A stretch of DNA of 64,000 nt. Source: Raillietiella orientalis (taxonomy: Eukaryota). The stretch lies in contig JAYWIR010000054.1 of NCBI GenBank assembly GCA_036172245.1, positions 62,001-126,000 on the forward strand, in the 5' to 3' direction. The notes below the pieces were generated by a model that worked only from the letters and a program-made list of their open reading frames with translations, had not been told where the DNA came from and ran no database searches. Below are positions 39,001-52,450 of the stretch, in pieces. Made by a program: the position numbers and the translations under genes. How positions within the stretch are numbered: the first letter of the stretch is position 1; each line of letters starts with the position of its first letter.

Positions 39001-42000
39001 ATCGACTTTGAGCTGAGCTGATGAGCTCTCGCAAAGAACACGCGAAGCATCGCGAGTGGGATCTTTCTGAAGCTCATAAATTTCTTCCCGGCGAGGGAAT
39101 CACGAGCACAAGTTTCCAAGGCAATCAGCCCAAGATGATAGCGCTGATGAAACTGATTCAGCAGTCTCGAGTTCCTGCCAGATTCCTTCCTATCTGCTGT
39201 CCTGGTATCCCGGGAAACCATTCTTCCCGAAACTCGCATTCCGGAAAAAACTTCCAGTTGGCAAGGCGGCGGAGCTCTCGCGTCTTGCTCTCCCGTCCCC
39301 GAAGCGAGTCTCAGGGAAAACGAGCGACCAGTCACCTCCTGATCTGTTCCGGGAGGATCATGGAAATTCTGGGTGTGATAGCCGCTCCCGTTCGTGTTAC
39401 TCTCCTTCTTCCTTTCTGGCGCACATCCCGTTCTGTAAAGCACACTTTTTGCCAGTCGCTGGTGGGGCCAACCCATGACTGTTACTTCTCGGTGCCTGTC
39501 AGAACCTCGAAAGTTATGCTTTAGCTGTTCCTGGTTAGCGTCACCACCGTTCTCGTAAATACACGGAAATTTCTTGTGTGTGTGAGGAAGATGAAAAGAT
39601 CTGGCGCAATTCATGACATAGCTGAGGGCGTGCAAATCTCAAGGATGACCTGCAGGTGTGTCATGAAGTGTAATGAAGTTTCCTTTCACAAAAATAACGT
39701 GGCGAAGAAGAAGTGACGTTTCTTTTCATTTGGGCTTCACATTTTTCGGGGTTCTGATTTGACGTGGGGATTCCAGTATAGGGAACACATCGTCCGTTGT
39801 TCGGTAAGCCGAAAGATAAGCTCACTGAAGCTCCGGAAGGGAGCGAAGACGGGCACAGAAGCGCAAAGAACCTTCGGGAAAACAAAGGTTACAACAAAAA
39901 AGCTCGATCGTTGAACGGTGCCAGGAAATGGAAAGTCTGCAACAAGTAGGTTCCGACTACCTCAAACTGAAGAGTCTCGTGAAGCATTTGTGGAGGAACT
40001 GAAGATTATTCGAAAGCAGTATGGTGGTGAAAATCCTTGGCTTCATTGCACGTGATGCGAGCAAAAGATCTGCAGATCGAGCCCTTGATTCCCCCAAGTC
40101 CACTCAGGGAAATGGAGGGAGCAGCAGCACCAGAGCCTGCCAGCCAGGATTTTTCAAAGCTACCAATTTTTTGTTTCTCCGGGCATGCGTTCGAATTCGA
40201 GAGATGAGCTCAAGTTTGCATGGGTAAACGTTCCAGCATGCCGCAGGCGGTTGTGCATCAGAGGAAACTCGCTTTCCTTTGAAATGGCAAGAAACCAACC
40301 CGAGTGAAGTTCCCGAATAGGAACCTACTGGAAGCTGCAATTATCCTTTGAAGAAGCAAATGTGGACAATTCTGTCGCACTTCACGATCGACGGAGATGG
40401 AAATCCAAAGACCTGAACGCGGAGTGGTCACTTCTGCGGCGGAAGCACACCGGACCGACCGTGAACGGAAACACATTCGTAAATTGACGCCGTGACATCG
40501 TCTATTCGTTAATAGGTGATGTCACGGCGTCCATTTCTAAAGTGATTTCCATTCGAGCGAGTTCCGGCATCGAGTGTCGAATATTTGCTCTTTTTGTTTG
40601 CTTGCGTTTCGCTGGAAGTCAGAGCTGATAGTTTCCTTCTGGTGATCCCACACACGCAAAATCAACTTAGAAGAAGAGCGTGGGGTTGATGGGCTGGAAC
40701 GAAACTCCCCAAGGTGAGGGCTATTCGGTGCACGCAGCTCTCGGTTCCCGATTGCTTGAAGTATTTCCGTTTCCAAAAGAGCCTCTGAAGGGCTTTTTCC
40801 TCCGGAGTCACGTGCTGATGCCCTGAGAATGCGAGATGAACCGAAAGCCTCCGAGAAACCGCCCGACTTCACTTTGCAGCTTTCCACCCTCAGATGACGG
40901 GAGAGTCTTCCACGGCGGAGATGAATTTCTGTGCCGAAGGAGTTCGAAGATGAGGAAACTTCCCGAAATTCTTCTTCCGCGGTGCTCCGCGCTTTGCGCC
41001 AGGATTCAAGGGTCAGGGAATGACCCATAAAATTTCATTCGGGGATCACAAAACCGATCAATCGGATAGGGGTCGAACACAAACTCCTAGGAACAGAGCA
41101 CTCGAAAGGAATATCACACACAAGTGGTTCATCCCATCGGAGTAATCAACTGAAGTGCGGTACTGCAAAAAAGGTGGTGAATGGCACGGATCCCATGCAG
41201 GCATTTCTTTGAAGGAAAAATTGAAATTAACATTTGAATTTCTAAAATTTTGCATGCGGAATCTCGATTAAAAGTAGGCGAAGGACTGGGAATATCCTTG
41301 GCGCTGGACCTCATTTTCTCCGATTCCAGAATTCTTCAATCCGGGGTGAAAGTTTCTCCACCAGGAACGCTGGTGGGCGTGAAAGGATCTGATGTGTGAC
41401 AGATCTGATGAATTGCTGCTGCTGCCGTTTCTGTTGAACTTCATGTGCATCTGCACGCCAAAGGGTTCTCCAGCTCGAAGGATTTCAAAAGGCGAGGTGA
41501 TGTAAGGAAAAATGAAGAGCCGTGCTCGACGGACACACCTCCAAGTTCATGCGAAAAGCATGTCCCTTTGGAATCCGTACACCACGAAGGTGCTCGTACA
41601 CAACAAAACACACGAATCGGTCATGCAGGCTAAGAGTTCCCAAGTGAGCATTTTGCTTAGAAAATCGACCATAAATCATTCACTTCCAGTGACTGCTTCC
41701 GAGTTTTTTCTTCATGAGATGGAGATCATTCCTTCTCCCCCTTTCTTTTCCTTGTTATCTTTATCGAAGAAATCCTTTTTTTAAGGTACATCGCTTTCCT
41801 CTGGGTTGTAGAGGTTGAGTAGAATTTTCGTTTTCAAAATAAATGCTCTAATTATGAATATGGGGTCTAGGAGGATAGGAGAATTTGGGTTGATAGTCAC
41901 GAGGAGTTGTTAATGATGGGCAGCAGTCAAGAATGAAATGGTGGTATGCCTGGCTTTGTGAGTATGATTACTGAGTCCCCTAAACATTGAAACACCGACA

Positions 42001-43578
42001 TGAAACAGTCGGAACACTTCGTCGTGGAATCTTTTCGGAAATACGAGTTCCAAAGCGAACATGGAAGCGTCTTTCCTCCCGGAGAGCAAACCTGACTTGG
42101 AAAAAAATATATATATATGTTCAAAAAACTCATCTTGAAAATGTAATACGCTGAAAAGTGACTGCTGATAGCTCACAGATTTTCGGTCTGGTGGCCATCC
42201 ACGAAAAGTAATGTGACAACACAAACAAAAAAAGGCCACATGCAGAAATTAGTCGGTTCTCGAGGGCTGAACTTGGTGTGGTTTTGTTGATACCGGTAAT
42301 TTGACCCAAACGAAGATATCAGCAGTTATTTTTCAGCATATCATATTCTCAAAATTAGTTCAGATAACCAATGTCAACAAAACCATACAAAGTTTAGCCT
42401 TCGAGAACCGACTATTTTTTGAATGTAGTTTTTTTTTTTTTTTTATGCTGTGACATTACTATTTCCAGGTGGCCACCAGACCAAGTCTGTGAGCCAACTA
42501 TTGTGAGATGGGCAAGAGTGGTGAGTCAACTGAAGGCAATGCTCCAGCAGCATGCGTTAGAGAAGTGCAATTCTTCTATTTAGGTATAAGAACAAATGAA
42601 GGAACTCTATCAGTTATGCTACATAGACATAAGGCAAAAAATAGGAAAGTGAACAAGAGAATAAGTGCACTGCCAGTTATTCTACATAGATGTCAGGAGA
42701 AATGGGAAAGCAAAGAGAATAAATGAACTATCAACAGATTACTTGGAAAACGAATGCATTTATCGGTCTGGAGGAAGAACTATTCATCCTGAATTCACAA
42801 AAATGTATCAAAAACATTGAAACTTGGCATCACATTTGAAAATAGGATTCATCAGTATGGATACAGATGAATGTCTTCAACAGCATTGAATTCTATTTAT
42901 GCAACTGAACACAAGGTATTACATAAACATGGATGTATCATAAACAGTAAATAGAAATGACACATTGCCTCATTAGTTTCAAACACGAATGGCACAAAGT
43001 GAGTTGGAAAGCAAAAAAAAAAAAAAAACTGTAAAATCGGCATTCGATGCGGGTCAAAAATGTATAAAAAATCAACGGAGACAACACACTCAGATCATGA
43101 AGTGTTTCAGACTTGGGCATTTTTAGATATTACTCCATGGATCCAAAGAAAACGATCCACTTTCTGGAGAATACTGAAGGACATTGGTCATCCCTATGCC
43201 TTCCAACGCCTTTGCAATGATTCGAGGGGGAATGTTCAATTTTTATCCTACTTAGAAATGGCAAATGGCGACGACTGAAGGATGTATGCATGTGTGTGTG
43301 TATGCGTTTGTTTGTTCCTTCCTACAGGAAACACAAGTTCAGTTTAATCAAAAGGACTTTTTCAATACAATAAAATTCTCCTAGGGAGACATTTTTTTTT
43401 TCCTTACAGGTGTGGCCAATGGAGGATTTCGTGCGCCAAGCGTCGAACCACGTGATCCGAGGGTCATGTGCACAGAAGTGATACACCTCCTCCGAACATT
43501 CTGAATAATGTACTTACCAGCGAGGAAGATAGCTACATCTAATGCGACTTTTAAAATGCTTCTGTACATAGGCTTCAT
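36080..43578 (-). CDS. PAP2-family lipid phosphate phosphatase (wunen/PLPP-like)
   Basis: Exons 43578-43518, 37311-37160, 36834-36524, 36469-36412, 36358-36080 (an alternative 37-nt intron would extend it to 35941). Motifs RGFFCDD..LRLPY, C1 KYTFGRLRP, C2 SFPSGN, C3 SRISDNHHHPTD. Confidence 0.88.
42171..42494. mobile_element. Fold-back / MITE-like long imperfect inverted repeat in PAP2 intron 1
   Basis: Left arm GCTCACAGA..GGTCTGGTGGCCA...TAGTCGGTTCTCGAGGGCT...GTTGA pairs with right arm TCAAC...AGCCTTCGAGAACCGACTA...TGGCCACCAGACC..TCTGTGAGC. Confidence 0.8.
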
Positions 43579-45253
43579 GACTATTGCATGCAGTGATCCA
43601 GGTGCAAATAATTTGGAGGAGGCTCATGCACTCACTCTAGTCCTGAAATACAGAAATTCATTCGTGAACATTCGCATAATTAATTAAGTTTCAGTTCAGA
43701 TTCTCAGTTCTTTAAATTGATTTCGAGTCGTTTCATTCGTGGATGTTCGTGCATCCAAGGTGAGGGTTCAGTTTCGAATGCAAGCGCCTTGTAAACCAGC
43801 TTTTTTTTTTTTTTTTAAAAAAAAAAAAAGAATCAACTTGGCAACGATTCTTACAGGGAAAAAAAAAGGAGGAAAGGAAAACACCCGCGGAAATTCGTTT
43901 TCTCCTTACTTTAAATCCATCACTCTTACGCTACTTGTTTTCGGTGGACCCAACCACGATCAAGCAATCATTCATCATTCGCTCAATGACAGATGGAAAA
44001 AAAAAAAAAAGCATCAGCCCAGCAGCAGCCACTTGGGGTAGGAAGCAACAAAAAGAAAAAGGAAAAGGGAAGAAAAAATGCGCCATGATCGGACCCGCTG
44101 GACCGCTACTGTCGCACCACAAGACACCGCGAACACTCACTGGGGAGACGCGCACCTTTCGCTAAACACCAACTTCACCGCGCCATCAAAATGGGAGCTG
44201 CCCAGCGCGCTCGAACGCAACAATGCCCCACACGTCACCAATTGTTTTCGCTGACGTCGCGCCGCAGCTCGGCGGAGAACGCAGAGCGACATTATTACGC
44301 GTCCCTTTGCGCGGGGTGCACGGCGGCCTGCTGCGTCGACAGCAGCTGTTTGCTGCCCCCGCAGGATGACATCCGTCTTGGAGCGCCGCCGAAAGAGGCG
44401 AGCCAGAGCCATCCACTCCTTCGCGACTCGCTCCACGAGCATCCCCACGGATGGCCCAGCGGCGGTCTTCGTAGGATGCGCCCGGACCGTGTTGACTTAT
44501 CGGCCCCCGCTTCCTTTCGCAGATAAATAGTAGCTCTTTATGTATTTATCTTTCTTTCTTTCTTCCCTTTTTTTTTTTTTTCCGGGAGCGGGTTCCGCTT
44601 CCCGGTGTTCCTGAGGTAGACCTCGCAGCTTACAAATCGGCATGCCTCCGTTTTCTCCTGGATGCTCCCACGTGGTCTCCTGGGTCTAGAGTCCTAACAC
44701 GCTGGTATTTTCCTTATCAATAAACGCTCTGGCGTTACTCTGAAGTTACTGTTTCCTGTGGTGTCCCGTTCGACTGCTTCGACGGAGGTTATCGCGCGAT
44801 GTTCAGCTGGATGCCTGTCAAGTGGCACATTTTAGCATGATGGCGTTCTCTCTCTCTCTCGGTGAGCTGGCATTCCTGATCCTATGTCCGCGTATTCGAA
44901 GTTCTACGACCACTTTCGCTCCAGCACCATGAAGCAGTGCTGCTGCAGTCAAAACTGGCCAACCAACCGTCCAATTCTTCGAGGGTCCAGGGGCTGTCCA
45001 TAGGAATTTGCCCGGGCCGTGGAAAAACGGTCCCGCAAATAACAGCTGTAGGAAGGACACCGCTTCCCACTTCAGGAGTCTCCGCCAAACCTCGTGCCAT
45101 GGGAACGTGGACCGACAAACTGTGAAGTCTGCGGAAAGATGGAAACCCCCAGGACACAAGCGCGGAACACCCCACGCTCGGGCGAACAACATCCAACCCC
45201 ATTTCGGTGCTTTTTTCCTCTCCCCGCAGCATCCGTTTCGACCATTGTAAAGT

Positions 45254-46215
45254 ACCACTGCTGCAACCTCGACACGCAGAGACTCCACGTTCCACAACCC
45301 GAAGTTAGCCGTCTGGTCAGTCGATCGGACTTCCTCGGTGTGCAGGCGTTCAATCTTCTATTTCCAAGAAAACTCTTTTGGACTGGTGACGATTTTCAGG
45401 ATCATCTTCTGCGCCCTTGCTCTCATGGTGATGGTCGTCTTAAGCGACGCAAGAGAAGCACTCGTTGAATCTCTTGCGTCGTTTGGAAGTCGGCAGGAAA
45501 TGAAGGTGATGTTGTTGTACCCTCGTCATGAGCTCTGACAGCAACGAAAAGTTCCAACCATCGGTTGCTCACCGAGAAGACGTAGTTTGGTGTAACGAGA
45601 CGCCCGCTGTCCGATCCAGGCGACGTGGTCCGAGCGAGAAGGTCTTCTTGGCTTGAAATCAAGAAGATATCAGAGGAACATCCTACGCGAAGTGCCCCAG
45701 GGCTTCCTGTTTGCCATTTTCACTCTTGAAACGAAGCAGAAGGTCCTAAGGGAAGGTTCTTTCCAAAGTTTTCCCTCCGGATCATCTCCGACCAGATCAG
45801 CTGCAGCTTCGAGATTCTACGGAGTTCTGTAATTCCTTCTCGCCCAGACAACTGGGGATTCCGTCAGCTCAAGTGTATGGCAAAATCGAGCATCTGTTGG
45901 AGGGGAGGGGGGATGAAGAACATGCTGGAACTTTTCTAGGAGCTTCCTTTTCCATTTCCAGCGAACTGCTGCCTCATTATGGAGGCGTCTGTCTCAACTT
46001 CGAACCCTCATCAGTGGATGGCTCTGCCGTGCGTGCAGCAAGTCCCCGACGGTCTCTTAGGAAACCGTGGCAGAGAAAAATGAAGCGTGCTCTCTAATCT
46101 TTTTGTCTTTCATCCTTTTGAATTGCGTAATCACTTCGACCACGAGCCGCGTCGAACGTTCGTCCTCACAGCCGCCAAGCGATCGTAAATTCCCTCGTCT
46201 CACATACAGAACAGG
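45254..46215 (-). pseudogene. PRANC domain and 3' flank of a third ankyrin-PRANC paralogue
   Basis: YVRRGNL...FKRMKDKKI, LCHGFLRDRRGLAART, DASIMRQQF, RKLLEK align with the 17690-17979 translation. The DNA at 45340-45900 aligns with 18010-18368, with an extra block of ~170 bp. 45254-45353 is 98/100 identical (inverted) to 63180-63279. Confidence 0.7.
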
Positions 46216-46499
46216 ACAGCTTGTGCTTTGGGAGCGTACTGTACAATAAGCTTGGCTGTACAATAAGCTGGATTTAAGCGGGAGGGAGAGACACTTGCAC
46301 TGATACTTACCTGACTTCGAGGTTTGGTTTAAGGCCACGAACCGGGAAAGTATTCTGAGAAGCAGCACGTGTAGTGCTTTGCTAGCAACGGTCACCACTT
46401 AAATAGTTCGTCGTCACCATCAACCGTCCAGTTTTTTCTTTTTGGGGCTCATCGAAGGCATCGACGCTGTGAGTGGACAACCCATCCACGTCCAGGCCC

Positions 46500-47903
46500 A
46501 TGGATGTGGGCAAACCAGGCCCCTCTAAGGAGGGACCCTTGGTGGGACCAAGAGAGGGCCAGGCGCAACCGCTGTCCTATGGGGCGGTGGCAACAGCAAC
46601 CCCGGCTGCGGAAAAACATATTATAAGGCTGGCAATGTTTAAAGTCGAGAGACAAGACGAGTCAGTCTAAAAGGTCGACCACGATGTAAAACAGGTCACC
46701 TTCAAAACAGGAATGCTGCGTCTCGGAAATATCCGAGACGTGCACGTAGCTTTCCACAAGCTTAACGTAAATTTCAGCAAGATAAAGACAATCATCACCT
46801 CGGCAACGGGGTTCACGGTGTACACCCCTGACGAAGATTTAAGAGAATTCCTGATCGAACAAGGAATGACATTAAATGGCAGATCGTTGCGAGGCCTCGG
46901 AGAGCTGATCAATGCGGCGGTCTATCTCTCTGGGATACATTACAACACAACAAGGAAGACAATATGGGAGTTCTTTTCTCAATATGGGGAAGTTCAGCAG
47001 GTTGCGTTCCGTAACCATATGAAAGAAATCTTCGGAGGAGTAGTAAGAGTAAATGTAAAGCTGTTTGCTGACGCCAAAATTCCGGGCATCATAGCAATTG
47101 ACCAGGACTCGCAGGATGTCACAACACGGTATACGCTACAAGCAACTTTCTGTGCAGGATGCAAGGAGTTTGGACGCCGAGTGGGTGCCGCTCCAAGGTG
47201 AAATGTTTCAAATGCGGACAGATGGCCATTTTATAGAAGAACCAATCGACCACCGCACTGCTACCATTGCAAGATGGAAACTCACCTCAAAAAGCAATGC
47301 GAAAAATACTCGGACTGGTCGGTGGCCAGAGGACTACCACCTTCACCGGAGGTAGAAGAAAGGAAAAGGTAGGAAGCAGAACAGCAAGAGAAGGTTCCAG
47401 TCAGCGTAGGAGCAGATGAAGAACAGAAGAACAAACAGAAACAACAGAAGAAGAAAACTCCACAAAGGAGGAAGCAGCAAGTAATGGTAGGGGAAGAATA
47501 AGAAAGCCATGCTACCGAAACTGAAAAGCAGAAAGCCGGAGGGCATTTGCAAGAAGTGGCAATGCTCACGAAAAAGATTAGTCCTAGCAATACGGAGGTG
47601 GAACGTGAAAAATATGCACTTTGCCTGGCCGAGCTGCAAGACGAGATCGAAAAAACGCTAGTAGAGGCAAAACTAAGGTACGTAATGGAGAACAAACTAG
47701 GCGAAGCAGAACTGAAAATTTGCGAACAAGGAACAAGGCCAGCAAGAAAAATGACAAGAGCGGCATATCATCTTCAGGAAAAGGAAAGCACGGAAATTAG
47801 CGAATCAGAAAGTGAAGGAGGGGAAAGACTACCATCCGAAGACTATCATTCTATTCGGGGAGCTGACTATTTTCAGCTCCCCGAAGCAAAAAAAGAAGAA
47901 TAG
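46500..47903 (+). pseudogene. LINE ORF1 (gag-like)
   Basis: VYLSGI...FFSQYGEV...CAGCKEFG, KCFKCGQ, HCYHCKMETHLKKQC; stops and frameshifts. Confidence 0.8.
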
Positions 47904-47912
47904 AAAAGCAAC

Positions 47913-50900
47913 ATGAAAAACCCAATGGTCCCTTTCCTGCCGTCTGCTAGGACCCTGAAGATTGCCTCCTGGAACATCAACGGCATGATGAACCAAGACA
48001 AGAGGAGGGGGATCACGCGCACCATCGAGCGTGACGACATTGTGTGCCTCCAGGAAACCCATGAGGCGAGACAGGACATCTGCCTCGAACTAGAACGACG
48101 CCTGGACGCCAAGATGTTCTTAAGCCCGGGAGAAAGCATGACGAAGGGCGTGGCGATCCTCGTGAAGAACGACATCGCGCACAGCATCCTGGAGTCCTTC
48201 TGCCCGTGGCCCGGCCGCATCGTCGGTGTTCGGGTGCCTTGGTTCGGAAACGTGCACCTGATCCTGGTAAACATGTACGCACCGCACCGATTGACACATA
48301 GATGCGCGGAAGTCGTGAGAGACTTGCTCCGCACTAAAGCCGCTCCTAAAGACATTGACGTCGTCATGGGTGACCTCAACATGCAGAAATACGAAAACCA
48401 ACCGTTCGATTCACGAGGAGGACGGTCGTACCAGATGCTATCTGAAGAGTTTGGTCTGCAATGGCTAACCGCTGGACACAAGCCGATCGATCACACCCTG
48501 TACAGCGAAGACGTAGGGAACCGCATCCAGAGGTTCCGGGATACGCAAACTCTACTCTCGGATCATCCTCTGGTGCAGTTCACCTTGAAGACGGAAAACC
48601 TTCGTCACAAGAAAGGCTTCAGGGCTGCGCTCCTCTGCATGCCCGAACATTTCCCGATCACCAGCAGCTGATCGAGTCGAGTCAGCGGCATCCACAGAGT
48701 CGATGACTGGAATTGGTTGGAACACACGATTCACCTGCTTGCGAACCTGCAGTACGGCAGGAAGAGTTGGAGGCAGGAAGTGTACCGGGAGTTGAATATC
48801 CAAGATCGTTCCCTTTCGCGGTATTGGGAACAGTACGAACGACGGTACATATTTCAATCGGTGATAGGGAAAGTTGGCGTGCAGGAAAAGAAAAATCTGG
48901 CTACAGATATATTCTGCATCCAGCACGAAAATCGAATGTGCCATGAGCCAGAAGAAATCCTGGAGGCATTCCACCAACATTACGCCTCCCACTTCCGACG
49001 ACGAGAACACCTATCGAGTGGCAAGCAGGAGATGTTTCTGCGCTGTCTGCAGAAACGACTCTCATCGCAGCAACAAGATCGCATGAAAAAGGAAATCTCC
49101 CCAGAAGAAGTCAAGAGAGCGTTTCTAGGATTGTGCACGTATGTGGCGGCGGGCCCCGACAGCGTGCCCATCTCGCACTACCGGAGGTAGCTGCACGCCT
49201 ACCTGCGCCTGTTCCACGAGCTCACGCTCTGCATCGAAGAAGAGGGGAAGCTCCCGGATTCGTTTCACGAAAGCAGGATGCGACTGCTGCCAAAGGGAGG
49301 CGATCTTTCGCGGATCTCCCAATGGCGGCCCATCTCCATCCTGAACACCGACGCCAAGTGGTTGGCCAAGATCTGGGCCAATCGCTTGGGCTTGACGATA
49401 CAGTCGACTGTCTCTCCATCTCAGACGTGCGCGGTGGCCGGCCGACGCATGTCCAACAACGTGAAGTGTGCCCAGGTCACCATCGGTTATAAGTCGCTAC
49501 GTCAGCGACAACCTGGTGTTGGGTTTCGCATATGGAGAAGGTCTTCGACAGTGTAGACCATGGCATGCTGCTGAAGATCCTGCGGAAAATGGGCTATTCA
49601 GGACACTTTAGCGACTACATTGAAATGACATTGAGAAAACAAGAATGCAAGATCACCATCAATGGACGTAACACGGACGGTATCCCCAAGGAAAGGGGAA
49701 TCCGACAAGGAGACGCCCTGAGTCCGATGCTGTTCGTCTTGTACATGCAGGCGGTGTCGTCATTGACTGATCGAAGGAGCATCCTGAAAGGTCTGATCAT
49801 GGGCAATGACAGGCTCACGCACCTGGCGTATGCGGACGATCTGCTTTTCTTCTTGAAGGATGAGAAGGATCAGCATGCGTTCCTCGGTGTAGTGGAAAGT
49901 ATGGAGAAGGCGCTGGACCTAAAAATCAACGCCCGCAAATCACACCTCCTGCCCATCGGGATCCTGGACCTCTCCGCCTTAACATAGAAAGGTTTCCGCG
50001 TGGTAGACGACGTGGAATACCTGGGAATCCACATCGGGGACGCGTCCTCGCAACAGTTCCAGTGGAAGGAAGGTTTAGCAAAAGTCCGAGAAGAAGGGAC
50101 AAAGTACGTCCGAGTCGACTTCAGCATGGAGCAGAAGGTAAACTTGTGGAATGGCATGCTCCTTCCCAAGGTGCTCTTCGGGGCGACCTTCTGCCGAATT
50201 GACCAGAAGACGGAGTAGGAAGTGGAGAAGTTGCAGAGGAAGATCATCTGGAAAGAATGCAAGCAGTGCGTTAGTCTCAATTCACTGTGCCGACCGCGAA
50301 AACAAGGTGGGACCGAGATGAAGTTGCCACCCAGGCCGTCGATTACCTGGACGCGCGACAACTCTTGGTTCTCACAGCAGATAAGTGGCCTTATGCAGCC
50401 CACAGGGAATACTCGAGGCTGGTCAACAGCTCGATTGGTCTGATGTTGGCGCTCATAGGCAAACACGGAGATTGGGGTACCATCGACCCCACATGGAAAC
50501 GCACGCAGGCACTGATGGCCAAACGCCGTTTTAAAATTGTGCCGTGGAGCAAACAGTTGCGAAGGAAAGAATTGGCCATAGTCATCTCCTACTTTGTACC
50601 TGTACCAAGGGACACCCGGAGGTGGATGTTCCAGAAACCAACTATGACCATCTGAGAATGTGAGCAGTTTGCAACCAGTGGCAACGTTCACAAGATAAGA
50701 CTGTTCCAACCATGATTGGAAGAGTTACCAGTAAGATGCGCGAACTTTGAAAATACCAGGCATCCAACGCTTGGGTCCTGGTCACCAAGGCCAACATCCG
50801 CGACGTCATGGAACAAAAGGATCAGGAGAGAGACGTCCTAGCCATGGCTGCCAATCGCTACGGGACACGGATTGTGAACCTGGAGGCGATTGGAACTGCA

Positions 50901-51330
50901 GTCTTCCCGCCAGACACTCAGGATAATCTTCTCCTGTTTTACCTTGGAGCCATTCTGAGTGGAGACAGGATAACGCAGTGGACGGGAAACATTCAAGATG
51001 AGCTCTGCAAGGCGCGTGGGAGCAAGGAAACTCAGCTCCACGTCCTCACCTTCGTCAGAACTGGAGCATACTGAAGGCGGTGATTGGCCTGCAGAGAACC
51101 GCAAGATTAGACATCCCAGCGGGAATGTTCGACAGGAACGTTAATGTCCCGCGATACAATCCCATGGTACGGTGCACCATTACGAGTGTCGGGATAAGAA
51201 GGACAGGAATGGAAATTAGGAATACAGGAAACATGGTCCCCGCCATGAACATCCTACAAGGTCGCATCAAGAGAGAAATCGGGATTAGGAATTGCGGTAA
51301 GAAACCCGCATGGACTTACCGCTACATCTT
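47913..51330 (+). pseudogene. LINE ORF2 (APE endonuclease + reverse transcriptase)
   Basis: SWNING, CLQETH, GVAILV, NMYAP, GDLN, SDH; AGPD; WRPISILNTDAK, KVFDSVDH, GIRQGDALSPMLF, LAYADD, EYLGI; several stops and frameshifts. Confidence 0.93.
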
Positions 51331-51589
51331 GCAAAAGATCGCGGAAGTGGCGAGTGCAGTCGCCTTCCATCCCACTGTGACCAGTCACATCGCAGTCTCC
51401 AAATCTCAGCAGCCGCATCCATGGGTGTCACACCGTCGTTGCCCGGTACGTGCACATCGTGTTCACGTAGCAGAGGCGTAGCAACAACCGCTGCACTCGC
51501 CAGTCCAGGAACAGCATCAAACGCTGTTTCTCTTTACTGGTTTCTAGCTCCGACTCCGGCGCGGCGATCCAGGTGCTGTTGCATTCGTC

Positions 51590-52450
51590 TTTGATGTATG
51601 GTAGCCGTTTGTTTTACTCTTTTTGCCTGCATTCAATTCGCCACCATGGTGCAAAATGAAGCGTGACCACGTCATCGTCGGATGAAGCAAAGCGAAGCTC
51701 AGGTTTTCCCATGCTTGTCGCTGCAATGAGCGTCGACGTTGAGATTCAGGAGAAGCCACTGCAGAGTTCTCGTAAACCGAGTACCTAAATCCACCGATGC
51801 CCTTGCTCTCTCTTCCGTCTTTGCATTCACTCCAGCGCTGTAATCCTGGATAAGCTCTAGCATGTGGACATTCGATTTGGGAAGAGCAAAGTGGGGAGGA
51901 TCTAAACTCGTTAGTTTGGCACTGACATCAGAGGGAGCGCGTATAAGAAGTTTCATGCTGCAGGTCATCACCCGAAAATCGGTAAGACATGGACGTGCAC
52001 GTCGTTGCACCCTCGTCTCAACTCATCAATTCTGTCATTTAAAATGAACCAAGAATTTCATCATTTGTTTTCGTGAATGCGAGATGCAATGAGGTTCTTT
52101 CGTACTTTACTTCATTCAGCATTTGCTTCGGCATTGTAATGGAAAAAATGAGTATCATTATTGCTGGGTATTGGAGTTTTAAACTTCAACATCCAGCAAG
52201 AAGGCGTACCGTACAATAAGCTACAATGAAGAAGATGCTACAATAAACGTAGCGTGCAATAAATGATCTCCTTGAAGAGCTCGTTGCCACCTGCCCTTTG
52301 CGTTTACACGGGAAATGCAATTCTGCGTGACTTAACCATTGGGTCTTCCTCGTGAAACATCGACTACAGCTGTTCCCTCCATCTCCTCCACCTTTTCATC
52401 AGCGCTGTGGAGAGGGTTTCTCAATGGCAGAGCCCTCTTGTGAGGTAATG
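51590..52450 (-). pseudogene. Ankyrin-repeat part of the third ankyrin-PRANC paralogue
   Basis: MKLLIRAPSDVSAK..DPPHFA...MLELIQDYSAGVNAKT...LLLNLNVDAHCSDKHGKT and ILHHGGELNA are degenerate ankyrin repeats, on the same strand as and upstream of the PRANC relic. Confidence 0.6.

Larger units (their letters stand above)
46400..51330 (+). mobile_element. Near full-length L1/Tx1-like LINE with inactivating mutations
   Basis: ORF1 ~46500-47903 with RRM-like region and zinc knuckles. ORF2 from 47913 with APE and complete RT motifs. Confidence 0.92.

Noticed and set aside
39015..39055. CTGATGAG...GAAG as a hammerhead ribozyme core
   Set aside because: It lacks GAAA and convincing stems I-III.
46303..46325. 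ATACTTACCTG, identical to the U1 snRNA 5' end, just upstream of the LINE (possible snRNA-targeted insertion)
   Set aside because: No U1 loop I, loop II or Sm site follows, and no U1 remainder lies beyond the LINE. It is equally the reverse complement of an ordinary CAG|GTAAGT donor.
46234..52222. 19-bp near-identical repeats (46234-46252 and 52204-52222) as a LINE target-site duplication
   Set aside because: The interval also contains ankyrin pseudogene sequence and other fragments, and there is no tail next to the right-hand copy.
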